Origin: Utricularia gibba
Taxonomy: Eukaryota; Plantae; Magnoliophyta
Reading direction: 5' to 3'
Assembly: GCA_002189035.1 (NCBI GenBank)
Contig: NEEC01000012.1
Location: 2,046,001-2,110,000 of the forward strand
Length of the DNA: 64,000 bases
Shown here: positions 36,885 through 50,109 of the stretch, piece after piece
Layout of the letters: every line of letters begins with the position of its first letter
Position numbering within the stretch: position 1 is the stretch's first letter
Program-made: the position numbers and the translations under genes
Notes under the pieces: generated by a model
Databases searched by the model: none
What the model was told of the DNA's origin: nothing
The model's input: only the letters and a program-made list of their open reading frames with translations

Positions 36885-37135
36885 TCAACCCCTCTTCATA
36901 GAAGACGACTTCAGGAACTCAATGCAATCCTGAATGGCCTCAGACTTGTGGGAATCCACCACCGAGGGGCACGCGTCAGCACCGCATTAGACCGCGGACT
37001 CCTCCGCCCATTGGAAACCAGCCGCAGAGCTCCAACCAACGTCTCCCGGATGTTGGTGCACACCCTCCACGCCAGCCTCTTGCCGCTCCTCCATCGCGCC
37101 TTCCCGCCGCCGTCGTCGTCGATGATGGTGGCCAT
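36885..37135 (-). CDS. Small (~83 aa) plant-specific protein with C-terminal VDSHxxEAIxDCIEFL motif; one apparent -1 indel at 36966-36969
   Basis: ATG at 37135 gives MATIIDDDGGGKARWRSGKRLAWRVCTNIRETLVGALRLVS.... Adding one C to the C4 run continues the frame as RAPSVVDSHKSEAIQDCIEFLKSSSMKRG*. Confidence 0.72.
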
Positions 37136-39942
37136 AGATGACGATGCAATGCCGGAGAAGGAGCAGAGATGAACGGAATCCGAAGGGAAGAACAGGGAAA
37201 GGAAGAGAGATAGAGGGAGGGAGGGAGGGAGTCGGTAAGTGCGGTGGGAAACAAAAGCAGCTCAAAGAGTCAAATCAGTCTTTCGTCTCGCCCTGGAAAT
37301 CCAACTCCTGTACACCACCTATTTATAGGTAATTGTTAGTTATAATATTATAATAAAAAATTGTAAAAAAAGAAAATACATTAATCCTGATTAATATGGT
37401 GAATAGACCATTATAATTTCAAATATTTTACAAATATATTCACTTATAATGTTCTCTAATTTTCTAACACACTCAAACAAAAAATTTTAATTGAGATTAA
37501 CTAATCTTTTCATATACTTCATCAACTAGGATCATATTTGTGATACATTCATCAAAGATATGTATAAATAGATAACTAATCCATTGAATGTATTTAAAAA
37601 TTATATAGAATAATTATTATTCAAGTTATTTTTATTTATAGAAATGAAAAATTGATTTTTTTTAATATGAAGGTGTTCCAAATATGCCAGATTTGGATGG
37701 ATTGGAGCTAGTTTTGTGCATGAGGGGTATTAAATGACGTCGTTTTCTTTCTAAAAATAAACAAGAGAGTTCCACACTGTGTTTCCTTACTTCCATATTA
37801 AGTCAATCCAATCCCAAGTCCATCAAAACGTCGTATTCCGATGGCTGTTTAATTAATAATTTCCATGTGTTTTTTTAAATTTTATTTTCACCCTATTATA
37901 AATGACTTTTATTATAGTTAAAAAATTAAGTTGTTCTGATTTATTTCCAAAAGCAGTCCATTAGGTAAGAAATACGTAATTAATTAGTACGAAAATATTG
38001 AATTAGATTAAAAAAATTCAACCTAAAATCATGAATAAATAGATCTAAACCCGTTTTAAAATATTGAAAAATACTAATGCATCCTTATTTTTTATGATCG
38101 AGTGTGCATAACCCGTTTTAAAATATTGACGAATCTTACATTAGTTATGTACGAAGGTTGAGCTACAGTTTATATAGGAGAACATTCTTTAATATTGTAT
38201 GATAACTTTTTCTTGAAAAAAACGTAAAATTGTGATGATTGAATGTTCGAATTAGACAATATCATATAATACGAAATTTGATTATCGCATTATATATATA
38301 TATAAAATCTTGAATACGAATTTTACCACAACATTAAAGAGTTGGTACCATTCCGCAATACTATTTATTCAAACAGTGGAGATTGTTTTTTCAAGGATTA
38401 AAAACACATAATGTGCAAACAGTAAAAATCGATTTTACCCAGATTTTCAAATAGTGAAGATCAATTTTACCTGGTTTTTTAAAAATAATGGAAATGAATA
38501 GTAGAAATTTAGGTATCTTTTTTGCAATTATCTCAAAATGTGGGGATTACTGACCCCGATGTCCCTTTTTTTATACACATAATTTCAAAATTGAGAAGTG
38601 GGAGGCCATTGGAATTCAGGGGGTGGTCAAAAAAGCACCAATGGGAACAACTTCTTTATTTCATTCCAAAAAGAAACGAAAGTCGGTGGGTCCCATTCAG
38701 GGCTGCCGGTCAAAAAGTCACCCCCAATTAATGAGAAAAAAAAATCAATAATTACAAGTAATTTACATTTATTGGGATTACCGACATTGATGAAAACTGG
38801 AAATGAATTGGAAATTGGGAAAGGTACTTTTTTTTTAACCCCCGCAGTAAATAATTAGTCATCTCGTCCCCAACGACTGACAGTCAATTAGATTTTGACC
38901 GTTTCTCGGCGTCGGCTTTGAATTTCTACACCTCCACGCTTTCTTTTTTTCTTCTTCTTTTTGCTTCCATTGGAAGGAAGAACAAGCACCGTCGTTTCCC
39001 CTCATTTTTAAGTTTTTTTTTTTTTATTTTCGAGAAACACTTTTTCGTATATTAATAAAATAAAAAGTTAATTTCTATCAATTTATATTCTTTTTTTTTT
39101 AAGTAGAAGTCATTCGTTTTGAATAATAATACTGATTTTGGAGTTATTTTCCAAAAGCAGTATATGTGATGATTAGGGTGTAGCATAACATAATTTCAAC
39201 ATTCATGCTTATTAAAGAATTGAATTGATTTTCAAAGTCAATTTTAATAAAAAAGAATCAAGTATATATTTGGAAGTTAGAATCAATTCTACTAAAGCAG
39301 AATTGATTTTAGTAAAATATAATTGGTTTCCAAATGTAGTTAATGTGTTTATATTTATATAATTTTGTATTAAAATTAAAAAAATAGGTGGAATTTATTT
39401 TTGAAAATTATTTCTATTCTGGAAATTAAAAAAATCTTTCATTATTATTCTATTTTTTATTCTCATTTTTCATTAAATTATTTCCACAAACGCGAAATAT
39501 TTTTGATTCCACAAATTAAAAACAAAGTCTTTATTTAATATAATTTCTCGATAGGCATGAATTATTTATTAAAATTTGAGAATTAAGGTTTTTCAGTTTT
39601 TTTAAAAATGAAAATTAAGGTTCTTCCCAGTGACCACCGTTCTGGTCTGTAAGAGCAAGACCAGTAGAGGTGTATTGGGCTTCGTCGGCCGTTCATCTTG
39701 TCCAAAACCGACGCTTCAATTATTCTCTACACGGTCCATCTGTTCCGTGTCGGAGAGAGCAATTCTTCCTTGGGACACAGCCCGTGAAGACAGCAAGGAA
39801 CATGGAATTCTTGTCATTATTAGCAGCAAGTATGGCGGCACGGCCCCGACCAAGATCCCAATACATGCATTACACAACAAGGTGCACCAAATTCAAGCTT
39901 ACCACTCCCCAGTCCGGTCGGTCCATACAACCGCCATGAATG

Positions 39943-41760
39943 TCAATACAGTCTCACCACGCTTCTTGCGATTGGCTGTGAATTGGTGTTCGCATTTTCT
40001 GTCTGGTTTCCCCTGCTCGTCGTGGGGGTGAAGTAGAATCGCATCACCCCGTTTTCCGGCAAGCGCCTACCACTCCTGATGTTCTTCCCCGGCGTGCACT
40101 CTTGTCTTCTTTTGCAACCGTGGCTGCTCGTTGCTGAAACCGCCGCTGGTTTCCTAGTACTCCCACTGTGAATGCCGTTTCTACGTCTGAGGCTAGTGCT
40201 CCTATTGAGTGTTCCATCCTGCCAAGATGCGGAGTATGATCGTTCTAATGCAGTTGCTCTGCTGAGCTTCTCCTCATCTTTATTCACACTCGTTCTCCGG
40301 TGTATGAATCCCCATAATCTCCATCTCCATCCCCTGGATTTCTCTGGATCCTTTTCCGCTCTGCTTCTTGATATACAGCTGCTGCTATCCCTAGCTGACT
40401 CGAGGGTCTGGGAGCAAGGATCCCTCAATGAGTTCGAACGCAAATCTCTTGACATTTTCTCCCTGAACATCACTTCAGCACCGTGAAAGTAATCGGCGCT
40501 CGTGGGGGATACTTTAGTGTTTGACAGAACCGGCTTCAGTTCAACGGTCTCAGATACTACTGCTGCAGCTTTCCTCATGGAAGTAGATCGATCAAAGCTC
40601 TTTCTTCGCCTACAGGATGAGTCAGAATAATACTCCCTTGTCTGTGCAGAGCCTCCAGGGGCTCTCTCGGCTTCATTTTGGAAGCCAATGGCCGATTCCT
40701 CTACGGGTATCAACATATCAGGGCGAGGCCACATTGGCGCATTCTCCAAAACTGAAAACATGGGCATCATTCTGTTGACACTTCTACCTGTCAAATAGCC
40801 ATCCCAAGAAGCGCGAGGCTGCTCGAATGAAAATCTGGGATCATCAACACTAATTCTGCCGGCATCGAGTGAGATCCTCGGATCTGTGTCGCAAGATCTT
40901 CTTCCGTAGCCGTAATCAGCTACTTCAGACTGAGTTTCCCTGTGCTGGCGATAAATTGGCTTCTCCAGAGGTAGCTTGGTTTGCTTCTTTGTTTTCTGCT
41001 TCTGCTTCTGTCTCCATTTCTGCCATTTCTTGCTGAAAACAGAAGCTGCAGCCCAAATCCCACCTCCGGGATTCCTCTTCTCCAGAATGTTAGACAGATC
41101 AGCGTGTTCCTTTAGCGGCTTCAAAGTCGAAGCTTGCTGCAAAGAATTTGTCAAATTATTCAAAGGGGTTTCAGCAACGGGTGCTATTTCAGCTCCACCA
41201 CCGCCATAATCATCATGAAACTCGACAACACCTCCCGCAGCGATTCCTGAGTCTCGAAAACGCTCGACATTTCTAGCATTTTGACAAATATGGTGGCTTT
41301 GGGTAGCAGTGGTGCCACACCTGTTCTCCTCATCGAGGGTAAAGAGAGACGAAAGAGTGTTCCTCGCCCTCACATCGCAAGATTTCCTCTGGGGCTCATA
41401 CGCAAGGCCGAAAGACTCGTTCTTTGATGCAGAAAACGAGTTGGCGCGACGCAGCTGGGAGTAAAATGTAGAGGGCTTCGGTGCTTTCGGCAGAGGCGGA
41501 AGATGGGAATGGTAATTCCCTTTCGAATTTGAAGGGAACAGCGATCTAATTGCAGCCGCCGCCGCGGCGGAGGCAGAAGAAGGGCGACGGGATGAGGAAG
41601 AAGTGTTGGAGGAAGAGTTGTCGAGAAAAGTAAGCCGCTCGCAGAGGCACGAAGGGCAGAACCCAGTGAACCGCTCCGACGGGTGTCGGTCGCAGCCGAC
41701 AGACCACTGCGCAGGCTGCGCCGGCGGCGGGGCAGTTGGGTCTGCAGAAACGAGGTTCAT
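39943..41760 (-). CDS. OPS: OCTOPUS-like DUF740 protein, single exon, 605 aa
   Basis: CDRHPSERFTGFCPSCLCERL, YSQLRRANSFS, EPQRKSCDVRARNTLSSLF, DYGYGRRSCDTDPRISLDAGRIS, PRASWDGYL and NGVMRFYFTP. Confidence 0.93.
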   Translation of the reverse strand: MNLVSADPTAPPPAQPAQWSVGCDRHPSERFTGFCPSCLCERLTFLDNSSSNTSSSSRRPSSASAAAAAAIRSLFPSNSKGNYHSHLPPLPKAPKPSTFYSQLRRANSFSASKNESFGLAYEPQRKSCDVRARNTLSSLFTLDEENRCGTTATQSHHICQNARNVERFRDSGIAAGGVVEFHDDYGGGGAEIAPVAETPLNNLTNSLQQASTLKPLKEHADLSNILEKRNPGGGIWAAASVFSKKWQKWRQKQKQKTKKQTKLPLEKPIYRQHRETQSEVADYGYGRRSCDTDPRISLDAGRISVDDPRFSFEQPRASWDGYLTGRSVNRMMPMFSVLENAPMWPRPDMLIPVEESAIGFQNEAERAPGGSAQTREYYSDSSCRRRKSFDRSTSMRKAAAVVSETVELKPVLSNTKVSPTSADYFHGAEVMFREKMSRDLRSNSLRDPCSQTLESARDSSSCISRSRAEKDPEKSRGWRWRLWGFIHRRTSVNKDEEKLSRATALERSYSASWQDGTLNRSTSLRRRNGIHSGSTRKPAAVSATSSHGCKRRQECTPGKNIRSGRRLPENGVMRFYFTPTTSRGNQTENANTNSQPIARSVVRLY

Positions 41761-44446
41761 AACCGCGGATAAGAGGGAGATTCAGCAACTTCCCCCTTTG
41801 AACATGGCGTCAGTGGCGGTGGTGCCGCAATCGACAATGCAATTGCAAGGCACGCGCGTGTGTGTTTGCTCAACGGCCGACCGGGCGACGGTAGCAAACG
41901 GGAACGGGTGAAGTGCACGGAGAAACAAAAAAGTACATATTTATTTATTTCTCCATCTTCACCTCTTTTCCACTTTTACCCCTCCAATCTGCAAATCACC
42001 CAAATTCACCCTCCACCACTTCTTTGGTAGTCAATTATTTTTTCCCTAACAATCAAATTGGTATAAAATTAAACAAACGAACATAAATATGAGTATTTGT
42101 ATTTATTCATTCGATATAATAATCATACAATCAATACAATTTTGATCTAGACTTATAATTAAATAATGATATAATGTTATGTTTGATAGCATAATTTAAC
42201 TAATATTACATTTAGATAAAATAAAAAAATTGTTTGGTAATTTTTTTTTTACACATATGTATTTGAAAGAATATTGCATTTGATGAATATTTTTAAAATA
42301 AATAACTTATAATTTAGGTTATTTAAATTGGATATAATGTAAAAATTCTTGTCAAACACTTGTATTAAATAAAATTTCCACTCCAAATATAGAGTTTTCT
42401 TATCTTTCAAATTACTCTATTTTCCTCATTAAGTAATTTATTATATTTTCCTCATATTACAATAATAGTAGCAATGATTGTGATTTTTAATGTGCAAGAA
42501 GAGGAGGAAGTAGGACACCAAAATTCCAAAATTTAATGTACAAAAGCAAACAAATACAATCATTGGATGGGTGCAAGGGAATTATTACAGAATTATTTGT
42601 GTTAATAATTTAAAAATACATAAAAGTGCAGGATTGGCTGAAAAAGCCTCTGATCACGCTGCTTCATTTCATTCCCCTTGTCCAATCAGCATCCACTTCG
42701 GACACGGTTCCTAATATTTTTTTTAAAAAGTAAATTAATACTTCGAAATATTAATTAATTTAGATTTTTCATAATAATAGACACTACACGTAACCGACAC
42801 ATTGTTTTTTTTTTCTTTTTTCAAAAAGAAGAAAAAATACATTATATATGTATATATATTTGATTAATTAGAGTGCATTTGATAATATACTATAATTAAT
42901 TGTGTATTAAATTTATTTGCATTTAAATAAATATGTATTATGTGGTTAAAATTAAAGTTTATTTGCTACATAGGATTTGAACATATGTGTTTAAAATGAT
43001 AGTATGTTTGATAGATCTGTTAAAAACAAACACTTTATAAATTGAATTGTTTACCAAAACTTATTTAGAAGTTGATTTTTGAAATATCTAGTTCAAAGTA
43101 TTTTATAGTGGTTTCATAAAATAATTATGTATTATTAAACTATTCCTATCAAATGTACATTATTATCAATAAAAAATGTTTAAATGGTAAAATCAATCTA
43201 CCAAACAACTTCTTAGAGTTTTATCAAATTTGGTTTCCTCAAATATACTCCTAGGATCAAATTAAATTAATTTGATATTATTCATATGACATGGATTATT
43301 GAGACCAGTAAGACATGAGGTGAGAAGTAATTTTATTCTATTATGTGGTTACTGAAGAAGATAAGGCAAGGGAATAAATGACAGAGCACGCGCATGCATG
43401 CGCACAGGGACCATTCATCCACATAATGGCACATGGAGGAAGAGGGCCCAAACATGCCACTCCCATTTTTAATTCTTATGTTTTCTTTTCTTTAAAAAAA
43501 ATACCATAATTTTTATTAAAAAAATTCTAAAAAATAGAAACATTTGGTTGTAAAAGCATTTCATTAACAAGTGGTTTGAACACATGTTTTGGTGTAATAT
43601 AACCAACTTAAATCCCATAATGAATTCAATCAAAGTGGTATTTTTACAACCAAATAAAATGAAACTAGATGGAGTATGTAAATAAGGAAATATTAGATAT
43701 CTGTATCACAATATGAAGGCATGCATGAATAGATTCTATAGACCACATACATACAAAAATTGTGCCATGCATGAAAAAGAAATGTCCATGTGTGACAAAA
43801 TTCTGATAAACCTTGTCAACATCTAATATCCATGCCATCAATGTCACAAATTAGATGCCTTGTCACTGGCTCATCATAATTGTATCAAGTTGTACATCAA
43901 ATGAAGTTACTGAAAATTGTTTGATTTTTGCATCAATTTAAAAAGTTCTGTCCCAGAAATGGTTCCAGAAGGCTGTTCTTCTTGCAAAAATGGGTGATGA
44001 ATGAAGCAAAGCAGAGGATAAAAGAATGTAACAAGCAAGTTTGTTCACAAAAAAAGATGCATATGGGGTCTGTCTTGGGGATGATACCATAATGGATGCA
44101 ACGCATAGTTCACTAATACGGGAACAATCCGATGGCAAGAAGGGCATACAGAACAAGCAAAGATCTTGCACAAGTAAAGAATCCAAATTGAGTAGTTCTA
44201 TGCAGATTCTTTATGATGTTACATTCATAGCACATCTCATGGACTCTAGTAGTTTTACAAAGAGACAAAGTACAATGTTTCAACATTTCAATATGTGATC
44301 ACACTAATTCCAACTGCATTACCTCACAAAGCGTCCAAGAATATAGTGGCTTCTGTATAAGTGGCAGTTATCAAATCGCTTCACATGTCTTGATCAGATT
44401 TCCATCCTCAGTAGCTGATGAACCAAACGTAGAACCATGGCTAATC

Positions 44447-46382
44447 TCAAGCGGTATGTGTTTCATCCTGGCAGCGAAAGGAAAGTTGCTTCTATATCAA
44501 TTAAACCTATGCAAAGTTTGAAAGATCATGGCCATTGTGTGTACCTTAGGATTCTCGTCTACACTTTTTCCTGCATCCCTTGTCTCCAAATCTTCCGATG
44601 TTCCCTCAGTTGGTATCTTGGGTTGCATTTCAACGGGTGGGGAGCACTCCAAGAGGCTGGCAGCTATTGCAGCTTTCAGATCCTCATCTTCATCAGCTGA
44701 ATGCATTTCGTGGCTGAAAGGATTAAAGGACTCATCCATTTGATTCTGTGATCTCACGGAGGAGTTACATGACTTCGTGATCCTCTCAGCATCTTCAGGT
44801 GACAGCCATTGACCATAACCACCGGAAGCTTCAGAAGATGTGATGAGGCACTCTGTTGGGAAATTGCCCCTGACTAGGAAAATACTCCAACCACTACCCT
44901 TCAGTGAATCAAGGTACGCCGAAAGGTAAAACTTAGAGAGATGCTGTGGCGCTGCATAGAGACTGTCGAAATTGTACCATTCTCCATTCACTTTCCTAAT
45001 ACAAAACCAGTGGTCCTCTAAATGGCAGATAAACGCATTTTCCTTTTCAGGGTCAATCTGTGCGGTCCCAGCAACAGGACTGTTTAGCGGAATGACTTGC
45101 AAATCCCAAACTTCTAAAGCTTTTTGCAGCACCTGTAGGGGAGACACGTTGAAGTTAAACAGGAACATTTTGTCTTACAAACATTCACTCAGTTACTAGT
45201 AATATTATCATCATTTACGACAGGAATGAAACAATAATTCCACACACGAAAAGACTGAAACTAAACCGGTTTCTAAATTAATCATTTATAAATAAGGACT
45301 CATGTTTTTTGCCAATTACATAAGAATGATATAACAAACTCTGATCCTTAACAATATAATTCATAAAAAAAAAACGCAGTGGTATGCATCAAGTTTGCAA
45401 CTGTGCAACGGGTAATTACAATCCATCAACTTTTCAAAACTTCTAGGTAATGCTAAACATCATGGTTTAATATCTTCCCATCACTATGTATCGCCTTAGT
45501 CTTATGTGAAAAATAATTCATGCACAACAATATGATACTGATCCTCTAAAACGCTTGGAAATTAGAAGGTACAGTATTCAGATTATGGAGAAGAAGCTTT
45601 TTTAACGGATTCTACTCGGATAAAGATTTGTTGTTCAACACAACAACCAACTTCAAGCTAAGAAAGTATGAAAAAAATATACAGAGCCATAGTAGCAGAA
45701 AACGAGCATTCCCACTTTCACATTAATTTTAACCATGCGAGAAAGAAACCATTGGAGGATTGCAAAAATCCTATCATATTAAATGATCCGATGGCAACCG
45801 TTAGAGCATAACACAATCCGCTGCAAGAATCTCAGGATGAAATTCTAAATTTTATTCCTACAACTTGCCGAATAAATCCTACATTCTGCTTAAACACTAA
45901 ACATTAAGAACTAAAAGCATCACGAAAAGAGCAGAGTGAATCTATCGATGTGCGAAAAATAAGAACATTTCAATCAAAACACAGAATAAAGTACAAATAT
46001 TAACGATACGGATGGTATTCCAGGTTGAAATAATCATGGGACTTCAACTATTATGATGAAAAAAAGAAAGCCTCAAAGGCCTAAACAAAGAATCAGGATC
46101 TGAATCAAGAAGGACGTTCACCTGGATACTGAAGTTTCCATCTAACGAAACGTTATGCGACATCTCCGGCAAGAAATCTCCGGTTACAGATCCGGTCATC
46201 ATCTGTCGCTCTCTAAGATCAAGATCGGATGCCATAGCTGCAAAATCGAACTCAGAAAAAAAAGGCCCCTGCAGCACGGTGTTCACGCAATGTACAGCGC
46301 ACAGCTTCGACTCTTGTACCTCGTGGTACAACAATCCGCCATTGCAGGCGCTCGCGCCGCCTCCGTCGGGAACAGTACTCAT
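44447..46382 (-). CDS. ATXN3: Ataxin-3 homolog (Josephin deubiquitinase + UIM); exons 46382-46122, 45132-44545 and probably 44467-44447
   Basis: LYHEVQESKLCAVHCVNTVLQGP (catalytic Cys), LEDHWFCIR (His), WYNFDSL and the UIM DEDEDLKAAIAASL. Confidence 0.92.
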
Positions 46383-47261
46383 TGATCGTCTCCTCTGGCA
46401 AAACCCGATGCGCACCCCCCGCGATGATGACGACAGTGCAATGCGACGAGGAGCAGGGATTGCAATGTAGTTAACCCATTTGTTTTTATGCGGGGGGGAT
46501 GTCCAGATGTTTAATTATGGAAAATACCGTTCTCAAAAAGTAATTAATCGGTTTTACTCTACCCATTACACTAGAGTTGGGATCAATTGTGTAACCCAAA
46601 AGTTTTTCAAACGTTTACTTCATATTGTTGACTTCAGTTCTAGTTTTAAATCAAAACTGAATTTTTAAACCTTTAATCAAATTATAATCAAAATCTAATA
46701 ATTTTTTTAGAGATTAATTTTAAAACACTCATATGATTTGTTATGAATACTTGCAAAATATATTTTTTTTTTAGATATTTTACATACTTTCATAACGATT
46801 TTTAAAAATACATTAAAAATAGATAACATTTTTTTTCAAACATCTATATGAATCATTGAAATTGACTGAAACATATTGATCTTTTAAATGTATTTTTTCC
46901 AAACTATCATAACAATTGTTTCGAATTGTCAGTTCCATTGGTTGCAACAAACTTGAACTATGTTTTTTTAATTTCAAATATATCAAACCGAACTGAAATC
47001 ATAATAAATGGATTACAAATCTACACTACACCACCAAAAGATGCCAATTGTATCTAAACATTGGATGACAATTTTTCTGCAAAAGAATTCCAGCACAGTA
47101 ACAGTGCAGAAAAACATGAATGATGAAGAGCAATTTTTTCTGTACCAGTGTCATAAATGAGATGAATCATAGCATGTATCATGAGGACTGTAGGTAGTGA
47201 AGCAAAGCAGCAGCTCCTGAGGGTGGCAATGAAAGTAAAACCGCAATGCATAGTAAATTGG

Positions 47262-48374
47262 TCAAGAAGAACAGCAGCCCTTTTTCACAGCTCCTGCAGA
47301 TGATGCACTCACGTTTATGGGTGTACCCTGACCTGGAACTCCTGTAGAGGCAGCGGCTTGTTGGGCGGCCAATGCTTTCTTGCTGACCACATGGTATATT
47401 TCTGTCAAGATCGTTCTGAAGGCGTGTTCCACGTTGTGGGCGTCTAGAGCGGAGGTCTCGAGGAAAGAAAGCTCTTCTTTTTCTGCTAGTCTTTGGCCGT
47501 CTTCCTCATTGACTGCCCGCAGATGATCGAGATCACATTTGTTTCCAGCCATCATGATGACGATGTTGGAATCCGCATGATCTCTCAACTCGCGGAGCCA
47601 CCTTTGGACATTGTCGAAGGTCTGCCGTTTGGTGATGTCGTAGACAAGAAATGCACCCACTGCTCCTCTGTAGTAGGCACTGGTAATGGCGCGATACCTT
47701 TCTTGGCCTGCAGTGTCCCATATCTGAGCCTTGATCGTCTTCCCTTCAATCTGCAAGTCATCAGAGGATGAGAATCAGAGGAAAAAATGGGTTCTTTCTC
47801 GACTTCAGAGGACTGAGCAGCCGTGTAATGATAATAAACAACCTGAAGCATGACCAGTTTCATGAACAATCCGCCATTTAATACCAAAGAAAACAGAAAT
47901 CCCAATACCCTAAACATGAAAAATCAGTTGCCAAGCGTACAAGGAACAAATCCATCTTAGACTCAAGGTAATAAGAAGCACTAATCCCAAACAGAGGTTC
48001 GGTACACTGGTCAAAGCGCCAAGGCTGATAAATGTAATTCACATGCTTTAGCCAAAAACGTAAGTCAACCGCTTGGTGAACCTCCTGCATCATCAAAATC
48101 AACCCGACAAAACCCTTGACGCCGCTACAGGATGTAATCGAAGATGTAAACCCGAAAACAAAGAACATTCACCCAATATCAATCTGGAAGAAATAAAATT
48201 TTGAGCAACCTGAAGCGTTCTCGTGGCGAATTCAACACCAATGGTCGATTTAGACTCCAAACAGAACTCGTTTCTCGTAAAACGAGAAAGAATATTTGAT
48301 TTCCCCACGCCAGAGTCACCGATCAACACGATCTTGAACAGGTAGTCATACTCGTGATCCACTCTCCCCGCCAT
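47262..48374 (-). CDS. RABA2: Rab11-family GTPase, RabA2 subclass, 2 exons (48374-48210, 47750-47262)
   Basis: [48 protein letters not shown]|[19 protein letters not shown] and a C-terminal CCSS prenylation motif. Confidence 0.96.
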
Positions 48375-50109
48375 CACTCTCTACTTTATCCTCACCTCCT
48401 TTTTCGCATTCCACCTCCCTCACATAACATCAGGCGTAAAAAAACCGCTATGAAAGAGATCCACAACTAATAATTAACAACCAGATCCGAGAACAGAAAC
48501 CGATGATTCGTAGAACAGGGAACAGGAATTACCGTATCGCACAATCCGGCACCGGCGAAATCAGGAAACTGTGAAACGATGATGAGGCCGTGAATGTGGA
48601 CGAAGAAGAGACATCTTCATTGCAAGAGGACGGAAATTTCTCAACTTGGAGCGGGGGTCCAAAAACAAAAAGTCTGGAACCGTGGAAAAAGGGCATAAAT
48701 GTCAACACACAAATTCGGATGACGTAATTTCAATATAAATAAAAATTTAATTTGTCCGCAAAATCAAACAGTGGGGCGAGTAGCGACTGCCCATTTGCTA
48801 GTGGGCCACAGAAAATCGTAGCCCACCAATCACAAACCACCACTTGGCGATACGGGGCCCGTTGGGGCCCCATTAAGGTGTCGGGTCACCAACGCCCGTG
48901 ACCTTATTGGTAAAGTGTCACCCCTAAACAGTATTTTTAAAAAATAGTTTTTAAAAAACACGGTTAATAAATGAAAAATTGACACTTTGTATTTTCTTCT
49001 TTTGAAAAAGTAATTGCTACGACGAATCATTCACCTAGGAGCTTTGATAAGATTCACATTAGAAAACAAAGAAAAAAAACGTGCAAAAATGAGATGCTAT
49101 ACTAAGGTTTTAATTGGAATACTTTACTACTTTTAAAAGATGAACATTACAAAAATAATTTTGACATCAAATACAAACTAAGGGTATGTTATGTTTTTGT
49201 AATTTCTTAAAGTGATTTTATTTAATATTCGAAAATTCTAATCTTTAACCGATTTATAGTAAATTAAAAATTTAGATTATGTGATTAAGTTTAGGAATTA
49301 TTTAATTTTATTGAATCTATATTTCAGTGATTAAATAAAAGACTAGTTAGGAAAATTATACTATTCATTTTTATTTATTATACTATATAATAATTTAATA
49401 CAAAAACTTTATAATATATATTTTATTTTATTAAATTTATAATATAATTTGACCTTATCACACAAAATAATTTAACAATTTCAAATTAATTCTATTATAC
49501 ATAATCTAAAGTACAAATTCAAATTATAGAATTTTGAGTTTTTAATTCAAAAAGAATATATATTTAAAGAGTTTATTATTTTTAAGAAACAGGGAAAACT
49601 CATGTTCTATTATCATCCTAAGAACAATTTTATCATCAAATACAAATGATTTATGTTTTAAAAAAATATGAATTTAGATATATTTGATTTTTATTTGATT
49701 AAAATCATATTTCAGAAATTACTAAATAGAACCTTAGGTAAACTGCTATAATCTAAATACTTTTATGTTTATTTGATATAATTCCGAAGTGATTGGTGTT
49801 GTTAGGATATGTATATTTTTAAAATTTAAAAATAATAAATTAAATCCATTCTATTTATACACATCAAACAAAAGAAGCAAACCAACAAAGCATCGCTAGA
49901 GGATAAAAAAGTCTTTTCCTTGAGCCGTAAAGCGTTGATCGCTTTCATGGTAAATGTTTCGTCAGCCATCGCTTTCGGGCAGGGGGTCCCACACCCAACG
50001 AATTTTTGGGTAAATAAAATGAACTTCATTTCTCTGTCTCTCTCCCTCTTGGCTGGATAACTGGAATCCCACTCCAGATTCATTTCCCCTGCGCCAGATT
50101 CTCCACAGG

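Noticed and set aside
38048-38129. 20-bp perfect direct repeat AACCCGTTTTAAAATATTGA, period 62
   Set aside because: Only two copies, so not a CRISPR array or satellite; a local slippage-type duplication.
39120-39340. MITE-like AT-rich stretch with an AATCAATTCT/AGAATTGATT inverted pair; similar weak Tourist-like ends near 19870 and 42870-43217
   Set aside because: Termini and target-site duplications are too degenerate to define boundaries without a repeat library.
36885-46382. Functional link between the small 'josephin-like'-labelled protein and the real Josephin (ataxin-3) gene nearby
   Set aside because: The small protein has none of the Josephin catalytic motifs; the link is only a database-style name.
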